Shown: piece by piece, positions 28,153 to 37,902 of the stretch | How positions within the stretch are numbered: the stretch's first letter is position 1 | Layout of the letters: every line of letters starts with the position of its first letter | From: Abditibacterium sp. | GTDB taxonomy: Bacteria > Armatimonadota > Abditibacteriia > Abditibacteriales > Abditibacteriaceae | DNA length: 64,000 nucleotides | NCBI GenBank assembly: GCA_965199495.1 | Contig: CBDASK010000003.1 | Location: forward strand, 3,264,001 to 3,328,000 | Direction: 5' to 3' | Notes under the pieces: model-generated | What the model was told of the DNA's origin: nothing | Seen by the model: the letters and a program-made list of their open reading frames with translations, nothing else | Database searches by the model: none | Position numbers and translations under genes: made by a program

Positions 28153-29120
28153 TGTTTGCTCCAGATGCGCGTATTCAAATCGAGTTCTGCGATGATGCCC
28201 GTCGCCGCTTGCAATTGGTGGAGCGTCGTTTCGACGCCCTCGAAAGTCAGCGGCGTATTTAGGCCGGGCGGCTCAAACCAGTTCTCTTTTTTAGCAATCA
28301 TCAAATACAATGAACCGCCGATAAAAGCGGCACTTACGTTACCATTAAAATGTTGTTTTAATTTTAATAAACGACGCATGAGCACCGAAGATAAAATGTA
28401 GCGCGCTTCGGTTTGGTCGTTGGAATAAGTCACGAAAGCGCGCTCGAATTCGGGGTCTTCGAGTTGAACTAAAGCGCCGCGCCCGCCCAGTTTTCCACCC
28501 AACGACTGAATGCCACGACCAAAACTTCCCAGACTTCCAGAAATACCTTCGGGCACGACGTAAGTGAAACCAGTGAAGTTTTTATTGAAATCGGCGATGA
28601 GAAATAACCCGTAAAAAATCGTGACGTAATCGGTCGTGGTGCGGCCCTCCGAATCGGTGCGATCTTGCCTGTCTTCGGCGTGAACTTCGCTCATGCGCAC
28701 GCGCGTGGCTCCAATTTGGCCCGCGATTAAATCTTCGCAATTGTATCGGTCGGGCCGCTGAAAAAGATTGGCGGTGTTAAATTCGGCCTCGCTCAAACCC
28801 GATTGTGCGGAGTAACTTAAATCGCCGAATAATGTGACGAGTCGCGGCATCACCATTATTTTAAAACCAACGCCATAACTCTTTTTAGCGTTGCTCGCGA
28901 TAAACGCGTAAATAGCACCGGCGATAAGTGGCGGCCCAATCATAAAAATTTTGAGAATTCCGCCCATGCTGTAAACGAAAACCAAACCGGTAAGCCCCAA
29001 AATCACACATATAATTGCGGTCGTCGCACAGGTGCGCGCCTGTTGCGTGCGCTCGGCTTCGAGCGCACTTAAAGTCGGCGCGAGTTGGGCGCGCAATTCG
29101 TTTAAATCGGAAGAGTTCAT
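28149..29120 (-). CDS. DUF3137-like membrane protein
   Basis: Two TMs; F.GLF..ADFNKNF.G.T, LEDPEFERAF..YSNDQTEARYILS; adjacent to lemA. Confidence 0.8.
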   Translation of the reverse strand: MNSSDLNELRAQLAPTLSALEAERTQQARTCATTAIICVILGLTGLVFVYSMGGILKIFMIGPPLIAGAIYAFIASNAKKSYGVGFKIMVMPRLVTLFGDLSYSAQSGLSEAEFNTANLFQRPDRYNCEDLIAGQIGATRVRMSEVHAEDRQDRTDSEGRTTTDYVTIFYGLFLIADFNKNFTGFTYVVPEGISGSLGSFGRGIQSLGGKLGGRGALVQLEDPEFERAFVTYSNDQTEARYILSSVLMRRLLKLKQHFNGNVSAAFIGGSLYLMIAKKENWFEPPGLNTPLTFEGVETTLHQLQAATGIIAELDLNTRIWSKQ

Positions 29121-29148
29121 AATTTTAATTTAACCGCAAATTTGTGCA

Positions 29149-29679
29149 TTACAATTTTATCTGTGGCGCCTCACGCGCCCCATTTTCGGCTTCGTAAAAG
29201 TCGCGGCGCACGAAGCCAAACGACGCCGCCAGCAGACTGGCGGGAAACGTTTCGACGGCATTGTTGTAATCGGCGACGGTCGCGTTAAAGGCGCGGCGCG
29301 AAGCCGAAATTTGTTCTTCGATTTCGGTGAGAGAGCGCTGCAAATGCAGAAAATTCGCCGAGGCTTTCAAATCGGGATAGGCCTCGGCGCGCGCCATGAT
29401 TTGCCCGATGAGTTGCGCGCTGGCGCCCTCGTTTTGAGCGCGATTGCCTTGCTCACGCAACTGCGTCAGTGCTTCCAATGTGTCGCGTTCGTGCGTCATA
29501 TAACCTTTGACAGTCGCGACTAAATTGGGAATTAAGTCAAAACGTTTTTGCAGATTGGCATCGAGCGAGGCGAACGCATTTTGCGCGGCGTTGCGACGCG
29601 TTATCAAGCCGTTATAAAGGCTGACGACGATGATCAATAATAGAACGATCAGGCCGCAAAAAACGGAAAGGGGCGACAT
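29149..29679 (-). CDS. lemA: LemA family protein
   Basis: LQKRFDLIPNLV, EAYPDLKAS, SRRAFN...YN...FP. Confidence 0.92.
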   Translation of the reverse strand: MSPLSVFCGLIVLLLIIVVSLYNGLITRRNAAQNAFASLDANLQKRFDLIPNLVATVKGYMTHERDTLEALTQLREQGNRAQNEGASAQLIGQIMARAEAYPDLKASANFLHLQRSLTEIEEQISASRRAFNATVADYNNAVETFPASLLAASFGFVRRDFYEAENGAREAPQIKL

Positions 29680-29724
29680 AATGAAAGCGTGCAACTGGGC
29701 TTCATAAGTTTAGTTCAAGAGCGA

Positions 29725-30708
29725 CTATGGCTCGACGCGCACGCGGCGTCCGCTTTGATGAGATGCAATGGCGGCGTGCGCCAGTTGCAACGCGCGCCAT
29801 CCGGCGCTGGCATGAACCGGTGGCTCTTGGCCCGCGCGAAATGCCGTCAACACTTCGTCCATGTGCGCATCGAAAGTTTGCTCGAACGAACGATGAATAT
29901 CGTCGAAATATCCGGCTTGCCAGACGCGCGCGGTTTCGTCGCTCGCACGCTGAAACTGAAATTCGCGCACGGTATCGTTGACGAGGACGCGGCCCAACGT
30001 GCCGTTAATTTCGAGGCGATGCGTATCGCGATAGGCGTAAGACGAATCGTAGGAGCCGAGCAGATTACCGACGGCCCCGTTCTCGAATTCGAGCGCCAGC
30101 GCCATCGTCGAAAAACCGTGGCCGGTGCGGTCGCTCATCTGCGCCATAATCGAGACAATTGGGCCGCACAACCATTCGAGTTGATCGAAGCCGTGACACT
30201 GCGTTTCGATGAGATTGGCGTGCGGATGGTCTTGATGGCCTTCGCCGCCAAAGCGCCAACTGGCGAAAGTTAAATCGCCCAACTCGCCCGCTTCGATGGC
30301 GCTTTTCGCCATCTGCAGCGGGCGCGCGTAGCGATGATTGAAGTTAATCGCGAAAAACAAATCGCGTTCGCGCGCCGCTTCGAGCAATTGGCGCGCTTGC
30401 TCCAACTCGAAAACCAAAGGCTTCTCGACAAAGAGAGCCACGTCGGCTTCGATGAGTTGCAAAGTCGCCTCGAAATGATGTTGGTTGGGCAAACACACGC
30501 ACACCAAATCGGGATTTTCGGCGTTCAACATCGCTTCGATGGACAGATAAGGCCGCGTTCCAAACTCCGCCGCGCGGGCGTTGGTTCGCTCGGCGTTGCG
30601 TCCGACGATGCCACAAAATTCGACATCTTTGCGACCGGCCAAAATGCGTGCGTGTTGGCGCGCCCAGCCGCCCGTTCCGACGAGCGCGATTTTTAGTTTT
30701 TCATTCAT
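29725..30708 (-). CDS. Gfo/Idh/MocA oxidoreductase
   Basis: VGTGGWA Rossmann start, VEKP, FNHRY. Confidence 0.9.
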   Translation of the reverse strand: MNEKLKIALVGTGGWARQHARILAGRKDVEFCGIVGRNAERTNARAAEFGTRPYLSIEAMLNAENPDLVCVCLPNQHHFEATLQLIEADVALFVEKPLVFELEQARQLLEAARERDLFFAINFNHRYARPLQMAKSAIEAGELGDLTFASWRFGGEGHQDHPHANLIETQCHGFDQLEWLCGPIVSIMAQMSDRTGHGFSTMALALEFENGAVGNLLGSYDSSYAYRDTHRLEINGTLGRVLVNDTVREFQFQRASDETARVWQAGYFDDIHRSFEQTFDAHMDEVLTAFRAGQEPPVHASAGWRALQLAHAAIASHQSGRRVRVEP

Positions 30709-31046
30709 CGTGTTCCAGTTTGACGCGCCAAGGTTAACTTGACCGCGCTGACCCAAGCGGAGGCAAAACTTTGAAACCCAGGAGTTGTGCGCTCATCAAA
30801 ACGTGAACATTCAAATGAGGTCGTGACTTAATTGGCCCGCGACCCCAAATTAAGAGTTCCCATATTTGAGCAGATATTATGAGGTCATGGGTTTTGTATT
30901 TGCGTCTGATTTAATCATCGGTTAAAGAATTCATATCGCATAGAGAACCAGAACAACCGCAACAATTATAAATGCGTAATTTCGGTAGGGTTCTTTAAAG
31001 ACGCGAATCACGCGTTTAAAACAATTCTCACCGTGGAAAAACCATC

Positions 31047-31838
31047 ATGCAACAACATCCATTGGGGATTTTGCCCAAAAAACCTCGTTCCGCCTTCACT
31101 TTAATTGAGTTGCTCGTTGTCATCGCGATTATCGCGATTCTGGCCGCGATTCTGTTTCCCGTTTTCGCGCGCGCTCGCGAAAACGCGCGCCGCTCGTCGT
31201 GTTCCAGCAACATGAAGCAAATCGCTCTGGGCATCATCCAATATACGCAGGATTACGACGAGAAAATGCCGCCACGCAGCAATGGACTTACTGGCTGGCG
31301 CGTATTAACGCAACCTTACCTAAAAAGCACGCAACTCTTCTCTTGTCCTTCAAATCCCAATAACAGCAGACTGGGGGCCGAAGGCGGGCCAACGGGGCCA
31401 TATAGTGAGGCCGTTTTGGGCATCCACGATTCTTACGGAGCGCCGCAGTTGCGCCCCAACAATAACGCTGCTCTTCCTGCTGGCGTCACCAGCGATTCGG
31501 CATGGCGCGTTGACGATGGCGTTTCTATCGCGTCTTTTGATAGTCCGTCGCAACTTCTAATGGTAGGCGAAACCACCGCTGATTTTTCCGATATTCCGAT
31601 TCTCAACACCGACTGGGCTGGCAATCCCAACTACGTTTTTTCCGGGCATCTCGGAACCGGTAACTGGGCTTACGCCGACGGTCACGTTAAATCGTTGATA
31701 CCGACGCGCACGACGAATGAAACGCCAGTCAATCCTGTAACTGTCAACCAGTGGACAGCCGATAATTCACCGTTCACGGGCGCCGCTTTCACTCAAGTTC
31801 AGACTAACCTGACGGCTTCGATCAACAAATACAAATAA
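31047..31838 (+). CDS. DUF1559 prepilin-type N-methylation / H-X9-DG protein
   Basis: [52 protein letters not shown]. Confidence 0.92.
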   Translation: MQQHPLGILPKKPRSAFTLIELLVVIAIIAILAAILFPVFARARENARRSSCSSNMKQIALGIIQYTQDYDEKMPPRSNGLTGWRVLTQPYLKSTQLFSCPSNPNNSRLGAEGGPTGPYSEAVLGIHDSYGAPQLRPNNNAALPAGVTSDSAWRVDDGVSIASFDSPSQLLMVGETTADFSDIPILNTDWAGNPNYVFSGHLGTGNWAYADGHVKSLIPTRTTNETPVNPVTVNQWTADNSPFTGAAFTQVQTNLTASINKYK

Positions 31839-31859
31839 ATAGTTGACGCTCCATCTGCC

Positions 31860-31891
31860 AAAGCTCCCGATTTCTCGAAGTCGGGAGCTTT
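31860..31891 (+). terminator. Intrinsic terminator
   Basis: AAAGCTCCCGA...TCGGGAGCTTT. Confidence 0.7.
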
Positions 31892-32015
31892 GTATTTTGC
31901 GGTTTACTTTTGTCAAACGCCGATTCATTCGTGCGCGCCAACTCTCCATCGCGCAATCGGCGCGAACCCGGCGCGGCGTCGCGCTTCTATTTTAAGTTCT
32001 AAAGGAATTATTCAC

Positions 32016-32954
32016 ATGAGTCAAAACGGACATTCTTCAAACGGGCACAGCGCCAACGGCCACTCCAACAACGGCCAAACTTCTTCTTTCGCCACCAAAG
32101 TCGGCTTAGCCGAAATGCTCAAAGGCGGCGTCATTATGGACGTGGCCAACGTCGAACAAGCGCGCATCGCTGAGGCTGCGGGCGCCGTGGCTGTTATGGC
32201 GCTCGAACGCGTGCCTTCGGATATTCGCAAATTCGGCGGCGTCGCCCGCATGAGCGATCCGAAAATGATTCGCGAAGTTCAAGCCGCCGTGACGATTCCC
32301 GTGATGGCGAAATGCCGCATCGGCCACATCGCCGAGGCGCGCATTCTGGAAGCGTTGGGCGTGGATTTCATTGACGAATCGGAAGTTTTGACGCCCGCCG
32401 ACGAAGAGTTTCACATCGATAAACACGATTTCAAAATCCCGTTCGTGTGCGGTTGCCGCAACTTGGGCGAGGCGCTCCGCCGCATCGGCGAAGGCGCCGC
32501 GATGATTCGCACCAAAGGCGAGCCGGGAACCGGCAACGTCGTCGAAGCCGTGCGCCATCTGCGCGCCGTCAACAGCGAAATCGCCCGCTTGAGCGCGATT
32601 CCGCGCGAAGAACTGATGACCGCCGCGCGCGATTTGGGTGCGCCTTATGAATTGGTTTTGCAAGTCGCCCAGACTGGAAAAATGCCGGTTCCCAACTTCA
32701 GCGCGGGCGGCGTAGCCACGCCCGCCGACGCGGCGCTGATGATGCAATTGGGCGCGCAAACTGTGTTTGTCGGGAGCGGCATCTTCAAAAGCGGCGACCC
32801 AGAAAATCGCGCCCGCGCCATCGTGGACGCGGTGACTTTTTACGATAACCCGGCGAAATTGGCCGAAATCTCCGAAGGTTTAGGCGAAGCGATGGATTCG
32901 CTCGACGTGCGCACGATGGCCGAAGCCGACAAAATGGCGACGCGCGGTTGGTAG
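32016..32954 (+). CDS. pdxS: Pyridoxal 5'-phosphate synthase lyase subunit
   Basis: [44 protein letters not shown] end. Confidence 0.96.
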   Translation: MSQNGHSSNGHSANGHSNNGQTSSFATKVGLAEMLKGGVIMDVANVEQARIAEAAGAVAVMALERVPSDIRKFGGVARMSDPKMIREVQAAVTIPVMAKCRIGHIAEARILEALGVDFIDESEVLTPADEEFHIDKHDFKIPFVCGCRNLGEALRRIGEGAAMIRTKGEPGTGNVVEAVRHLRAVNSEIARLSAIPREELMTAARDLGAPYELVLQVAQTGKMPVPNFSAGGVATPADAALMMQLGAQTVFVGSGIFKSGDPENRARAIVDAVTFYDNPAKLAEISEGLGEAMDSLDVRTMAEADKMATRGW

Positions 32955-32959
32955 TCAAT

Positions 32960-33063
32960 TTTTAGCCACGAAAAAGCACAAAAGAAACAAAAGGTTTGAC
33001 AGCATTCGCGCAAAGCAATGACTTCCCAACTTTTTGTTTCTTTTGTGCTTTTTCGTGGCTAAA
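32960..33063. repeat. Palindromic element related to family A
   Basis: TTTAGCCACGAAAAAGCACAAAAGAAACAAAA...TTTTGTTTCTTTTGTGCTTTTTCGTGGCTAAA. Confidence 0.85.
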
Positions 33064-33077
33064 CAAAGGAACCAAGA

Positions 33078-33434
33078 ATGGACAAAATTTTACTTTCCGG
33101 CCTCCAATTTTTCGGCAAACACGGCTGTCATCCCGCCGAAAACGAGTTGGGCCAAATGTTCGTCGTGGACATCGAAGTTGACGCCGATTTGCAACGCGCC
33201 GCCGACTCGGACGATTTGAACGATACCATCAATTACGTCGAAATTTACAATTACGTCCGCGAAGTTATTCAAGGTCCAAGCGCGGCGCTATTGGAACATC
33301 TCGCGGGCAAAATCGGCGATTTCGCCCTACGCGACGAGCGCGTAATTGCGGCGCGCGTGCGCATCAAAAAACCGCACGTCGCGGTCGGCGGCGTGTTGGA
33401 TTATTTAGGCGTCGAGATTGAGCGACGGCGATAA
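33078..33434 (+). CDS. folB: Dihydroneopterin aldolase
   Basis: FFGKHGC...E...GQ.F.VD, SDDLNDTINY, LLE, KP. Confidence 0.93.
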   Translation: MDKILLSGLQFFGKHGCHPAENELGQMFVVDIEVDADLQRAADSDDLNDTINYVEIYNYVREVIQGPSAALLEHLAGKIGDFALRDERVIAARVRIKKPHVAVGGVLDYLGVEIERRR

Positions 33435-33585
33435 TGGAAATTGGTAGAAGGCATTCGTTTGGATGGCTCTGTCCTTCTCTTTCCAGACAGCATCGGCACG
33501 GTAGAGCTTCCGTATCGCCAAGTGTCAGGCGCCGATAAGTTTATCTATATTACAGTTTCTCTAAAAGCTAACTCTGCCAAAATCA

Positions 33586-34029
33586 ATGACAATCGCCTAT
33601 CTCGCGCTCGGCTCTAACCTCGGCGACCGCCACGCCAATTTGCGCCAAGCCGTCGCACAACTCGAACGCGTTGGCGTGCGCGTTGTCGCTCAATCGAAAA
33701 TTTATAGCTCGGTTTCCGTTGGTAGCGGCGGCGTTGGCCGATTTCTCAATGCCGTCGTGCGCATCGAAACCGGATTGAGCGCGCCCGAATTGTTGGGAAT
33801 GTGCCAGCGCGTTGAAGCGAGTTTGGGGCGCCGCCTACCAGCCACGCCGGGCGACAAGCGCGTTGGGCCGCGCGCGATTGATATTGATATTTTATTGTTT
33901 GGCGACGAAACTTACGATTCGCCAACTTTACAAATTCCGCATCCGCGCGCGCTGGGCCGCGATTTCGTTTTGCGCCCACTACTGGACGTGTTGCAAAGCG
34001 CCGATGCGCGCGAATGGGGAGAGTTTTAG
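33586..34029 (+). CDS. folK: 6-hydroxymethyl-7,8-dihydropterin pyrophosphokinase
   Basis: YLALGSNLGD, FLN, GPRAIDIDIL, IPHPR, FVLRPL. Confidence 0.93.
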   Translation: MTIAYLALGSNLGDRHANLRQAVAQLERVGVRVVAQSKIYSSVSVGSGGVGRFLNAVVRIETGLSAPELLGMCQRVEASLGRRLPATPGDKRVGPRAIDIDILLFGDETYDSPTLQIPHPRALGRDFVLRPLLDVLQSADAREWGEF

Positions 34030-34030
34030 G

Positions 34031-34101
34031 CAAGGCTGAAGGATAAAAAGTGACTGAGCGAATTTCCACCTTTATCCTTCAGCCTTAATCCTTTATCCTT
34101 T
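34031..34101. repeat. Heptamer-unit palindrome (AAGGCTG/AAGGATA)
   Basis: AAGGCTGAAGGATAAA...TTTATCCTTCAGCCTT; similar CCTTCAT/CCTTTAT units at about 6100-6140 and 39200-39280. Confidence 0.7.
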
Positions 34102-34105
34102 CCCC

Positions 34106-34501
34106 GTGCTTCGGACAATGATTAAGGCCAAGATTCATCGCGCGACGGTGACGCAGGCCGATTTGAATTATGTGGGATCGCTGACCATTGACAAAGAATT
34201 GATGGAAATGTGCGATATTTTGCCCAATGAACAGGTTCACGTTCTCAACGTGACCAACGGCCAGCGCATGGTGACTTATGCCATCGAAGGCGAGCGTGGT
34301 TCGGGCGTGATGTGTCTCAATGGCGCCGCCGCGCGGCACGGTCAAAAGGGCGACGTTGTGATTGTTATTACCTACGCGCATTACACCGACGAAGAGGCGC
34401 GTGGGTTGCAGCCACGCGTTGTGGTTGTTGACGAAAATAACGCGCCAATACCCATGCTTCTCACTGAAAAAGCGGGGGCGATTGCCGTTACCACGCGTTA
34501 A
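34106..34501 (+). CDS. panD: Aspartate 1-decarboxylase
   Basis: [26 protein letters not shown]. Confidence 0.95.
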   Translation: MLRTMIKAKIHRATVTQADLNYVGSLTIDKELMEMCDILPNEQVHVLNVTNGQRMVTYAIEGERGSGVMCLNGAAARHGQKGDVVIVITYAHYTDEEARGLQPRVVVVDENNAPIPMLLTEKAGAIAVTTR

Positions 34502-34521
34502 TTTTTAGAGGTTTATTCGTT

Positions 34522-35214
34522 ATGTCGTTTGAAATGCCACTTTTCCCGCTCAGCGTGGTGCTGTTTCCCGGAATGCCACTGCCGCTGCATATTTTCGAGC
34601 CGCGCTATCGTCTGATGATCGAGCGTTGCCTCGATAACGATAGCACTTTCGGCGTCGCGCAGATCATTGAGGGACAAGAAGGCTACGCCGACACGCGCCC
34701 GGCGCCCATCGGTTGCGCGGCGGAAATCATCGAAGTTTCGCCCTATGCCGACGGGCGTTTGAATGTGCAAACGTTGGGCACGCGGCGCTTCGAGATTTTG
34801 TCGTATCGCGAGCAGGACGATTATCTGGTCGGCACCTGCCAGTGGCTTGAAGATGACAACGACGAAGACGGTTTAGTGCGCGCCTCAATGCGCATTCGCG
34901 GATTGTTGTCGCGCTATTTCGATTCTTTGTCGCTTTCGACGGCTTTGCCCGCCGAACTCGGCGATTTGGACGTGCCGCAGGAACCTTACGCGCTTTCGAT
35001 GTTCATCGCCGCGATTATGACGTTGCCCAACAATCAAAAGCAAACTCTACTGGAAATGACTTCGACCAAGGCCAGATTAGAAGTCGAGGAGTTTTTGCTC
35101 GAACGCGCCGAAATCGTGCATCGCGCCTACGCCGCGCGCGCCGCGCAGGGCGGCGTCGAACCGCCGATTGATAGTAGTCTGGGCCATTACGCGCATTTCG
35201 TTTCGTTGAATTAG
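34522..35214 (+). CDS. LON substrate-binding domain protein
   Basis: MPLFPLSVVLFPGMPLPLHIFEPRYR. Confidence 0.92.
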   Translation: MSFEMPLFPLSVVLFPGMPLPLHIFEPRYRLMIERCLDNDSTFGVAQIIEGQEGYADTRPAPIGCAAEIIEVSPYADGRLNVQTLGTRRFEILSYREQDDYLVGTCQWLEDDNDEDGLVRASMRIRGLLSRYFDSLSLSTALPAELGDLDVPQEPYALSMFIAAIMTLPNNQKQTLLEMTSTKARLEVEEFLLERAEIVHRAYAARAAQGGVEPPIDSSLGHYAHFVSLN

Positions 35215-35229
35215 GTCGCGCGAATTGCA

Positions 35230-35269
35230 GAAAGGCCGCAATTGCATTTGTGCAATCGCGGCCTTTTTC
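35230..35269. terminator. Intrinsic terminator
   Basis: GAAAGGCCGC...GCGGCCTTTTTC between convergent genes. Confidence 0.6.
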
Positions 35270-35293
35270 GCTGAGATTTATGCAAATGCAAAT

Positions 35294-35391
35294 GTAGGGT
35301 CAAAACATGTTTTGACCGCGTCGCCAAAGTCCGCGTTTATGTTTTAAAATTGCCGACATTATTGCGCGGTCAAAACATGTTTTGACCCTAC
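35294..35391. repeat. GTAG-type REP doublet, family H (GTAGGGTCAAAACATGTTTTGACC)
   Basis: Inverted pair of internally palindromic units. Confidence 0.88.
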
Positions 35392-35411
35392 GGGGATAAC
35401 TGTGTAATGCT

Positions 35412-37823
35412 TTACTTGTTCGCCTTAAAACGCACGACCGTCACCGAATAAGCCGGAAACGTGTGGCTAAAATTCGGCCCAACGTTATTCAAAATCGTTG
35501 TGACCGGCGCGATTTTGGTTGGGTTCTCGACGGAGTTCTGATCGCTCGGCAAACCGCTCAATACCTGCGCTGTGGCTGTATCGGCCAGCCCGCGCACGCC
35601 TGTCATATTGACGTTCATCGTTTGCGGCGCATCGGAGAAATTGACGGCTTTAAGGAAAATTTCGCCGGTTTGGGTGTTGCGACTGGCGACCGAATAAAAT
35701 GATGAAGGCGCCGCGTCGGTCGCCTCGTTGATGAGTTTGCCGTCGGCGTAGGCGCGAATTTTGTCGCCGCGCACTTCGATTTTGAGGTCATACCAATGAT
35801 TGGATTCGACCGTGAACGGAGAATTGCTGCCGATTTCGCTGGAACTGCCAGCCACGATGCGTTGAATCCGACTGCGCACGTTGCTCCAACCGCCGACGTT
35901 CCACCACAAATAATTATCGGCGTTGCGCACGCGAAACGGAATTAAAAACCCTTCGGCGCCGCCGGTTTTGCGCGCGCGCAGCGTCAAATCGTAGTCCGTC
36001 CAGTTGACATCGCCCACGAACGATTGCGCCGGTTGTTCGCCACTGGTCTGCGCATAAACGCCATTGGCGGTTTTCCAATCGCCTTTATTCGTCTCGAAAC
36101 TGGGCGCGCCGTTCCCAAAATCCTGCGCATATAAAACGCGACCGTCGGGCGCGGTCACTTTGAGGTCGTCGAATTGCGCCTGCGTGTTCCATGTGCCCAC
36201 GCCAACGCGCCCGCCGCTCATGTTTTGCGCAGTTGGCGCGGACGTGATGTTCACCGGCAAAATCGTGTCACCGGTATTTTGAGCGAACATCGTCTGCACA
36301 TAATACGAAGGCGAACCAAACGAATGCAGCGCGTCGTAACCGATGAGATTGGTGCCCCACTGCCAGCTTTTGGGGTTGACGTTGGTAAATAAGGGCGCGT
36401 AAGCCTCCATCATCACATGATCGGAGTTGCGCAGCAAACCGGTCAGCCACGCCGCGTCGCCCAGCGCGGCTTGCATCGTCGGCGTCGGTTCGCCTTCCAT
36501 CGAAGCCCATTCGCCCACGAAAGTTTTCGGGCCTTTGCGGTCGGTTGCGTCGTAATGCGTGGAATCGGCGGCCATCGCGCGTCCGCTCCGATAATAGTGA
36601 TCGTCAACGATATCGGGCGTGCGCCCTTTCACGTCGCCGCGCGTGGCGATAATTTGAATGTCGGGATGTTTGGCTTTAATCGCGTCATAAAAGCGTGCGA
36701 AGCGCGCGTCATAAACGCCCACTTTGTCAAAGAAATCTTCGTTGCCGATTTCGACAAAACGCACTTTGAACGGCGCCGCATGACCATGTTTGGCGCGCAA
36801 TGCGCCCCATTTGGTGTCCGTGCCGCCCGCAAGATATTCGATTTCGTCCAAAGCGTCCTGCACGAGTGGCCCGACATCGGCGTCATCGGGCAGCCACGGG
36901 CGCCCATCGGACACGCCCAAAACCGATTCCATGCCTAAATCTTCGCACCACTGCGCGAATTCCAAAAGCCCCAATCCGTTGCTCGATTTGTAACCCCACG
37001 CGCCCGGCCCAACTTCGCGCTGTTCCAGCGGGCCGATAGTTTTCTTCCACTCGTAATGCCCCGGATCGAGATAGTTGCCGCCCGGATAACGCAAAAACGT
37101 CGGCTTCATCGCGGCCATTTTCTCCATCAAATCCACGCGATTACCGTTGGCCCGGTTTTTATAAGTCGGCGGAAACAGCGAAACCAGCGTCACCCAGACC
37201 GTGCCCGGCGCGCTCGCCCGAATTGCCAAACTGTTCGATTGCGAAGGCGCGATATTCCCCGTTTTCAGCGTGCCCGAATACTTTTTCCACGTCGTCGTCA
37301 ACGCACCCGTGCGCGTCTGAGCGAAGGTGATTTTGCTGACGTTGCTTTCGATGCCCGCGCGTAATTCGCCGTTGAAACCGGGCGCGGCCTTGGCCCAGAA
37401 CGAAACTTGATACGTCGTGTTCGGCTTAACCGGCACGCCCCAAAAACCGTCGTTTTTCACGCCCGCGCCCGCCTGTTGCGCGTCCAAACGCAAACTGTGC
37501 GTCAATGTCGTATCGGGCACGGGCTGCGATTCGTCCAGCGCCATCGTGCCCGCCATGATGTCGGTGAGCGACCAATGGATCGGCGTGGCTGCGTCTTGCA
37601 ATGAGCGATTACACACCAGTTCCGCGTAAAGCCCACCATCAAACGCGTGATTAATTTCTTCAGTCATCATGCCGTAGAAAACCGGGCTGATTACAACGCC
37701 GGGTTTATCGGCGCTAATCGTCAGTTGGCCAGAGTTCGCGCCCTGAGCGTAGATCAACGGAGCGGCGCTTAAAAGCAGCGTCGCCGCCAGTGCAGAAGCG
37801 GAAGCGAAGTGACGTTTAGTCAT
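35412..37823 (-). CDS. Secreted alpha-L-arabinofuranosidase (GH51) with extra beta-sandwich domain
   Basis: Signal peptide; EEINHAFDGGLYAE, LRYPGGN, EIGNED, FVGEW, YAPL. Confidence 0.9.
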   Translation of the reverse strand: MTKRHFASASALAATLLLSAAPLIYAQGANSGQLTISADKPGVVISPVFYGMMTEEINHAFDGGLYAELVCNRSLQDAATPIHWSLTDIMAGTMALDESQPVPDTTLTHSLRLDAQQAGAGVKNDGFWGVPVKPNTTYQVSFWAKAAPGFNGELRAGIESNVSKITFAQTRTGALTTTWKKYSGTLKTGNIAPSQSNSLAIRASAPGTVWVTLVSLFPPTYKNRANGNRVDLMEKMAAMKPTFLRYPGGNYLDPGHYEWKKTIGPLEQREVGPGAWGYKSSNGLGLLEFAQWCEDLGMESVLGVSDGRPWLPDDADVGPLVQDALDEIEYLAGGTDTKWGALRAKHGHAAPFKVRFVEIGNEDFFDKVGVYDARFARFYDAIKAKHPDIQIIATRGDVKGRTPDIVDDHYYRSGRAMAADSTHYDATDRKGPKTFVGEWASMEGEPTPTMQAALGDAAWLTGLLRNSDHVMMEAYAPLFTNVNPKSWQWGTNLIGYDALHSFGSPSYYVQTMFAQNTGDTILPVNITSAPTAQNMSGGRVGVGTWNTQAQFDDLKVTAPDGRVLYAQDFGNGAPSFETNKGDWKTANGVYAQTSGEQPAQSFVGDVNWTDYDLTLRARKTGGAEGFLIPFRVRNADNYLWWNVGGWSNVRSRIQRIVAGSSSEIGSNSPFTVESNHWYDLKIEVRGDKIRAYADGKLINEATDAAPSSFYSVASRNTQTGEIFLKAVNFSDAPQTMNVNMTGVRGLADTATAQVLSGLPSDQNSVENPTKIAPVTTILNNVGPNFSHTFPAYSVTVVRFKANK

Positions 37824-37902
37824 GAAATTAGTGTGGAGAAGGCATTTATAGTCTATGCTGCCAACCGCATATTTCGGTCTTATTTACCGGCGTGGCTGCT
37901 TT

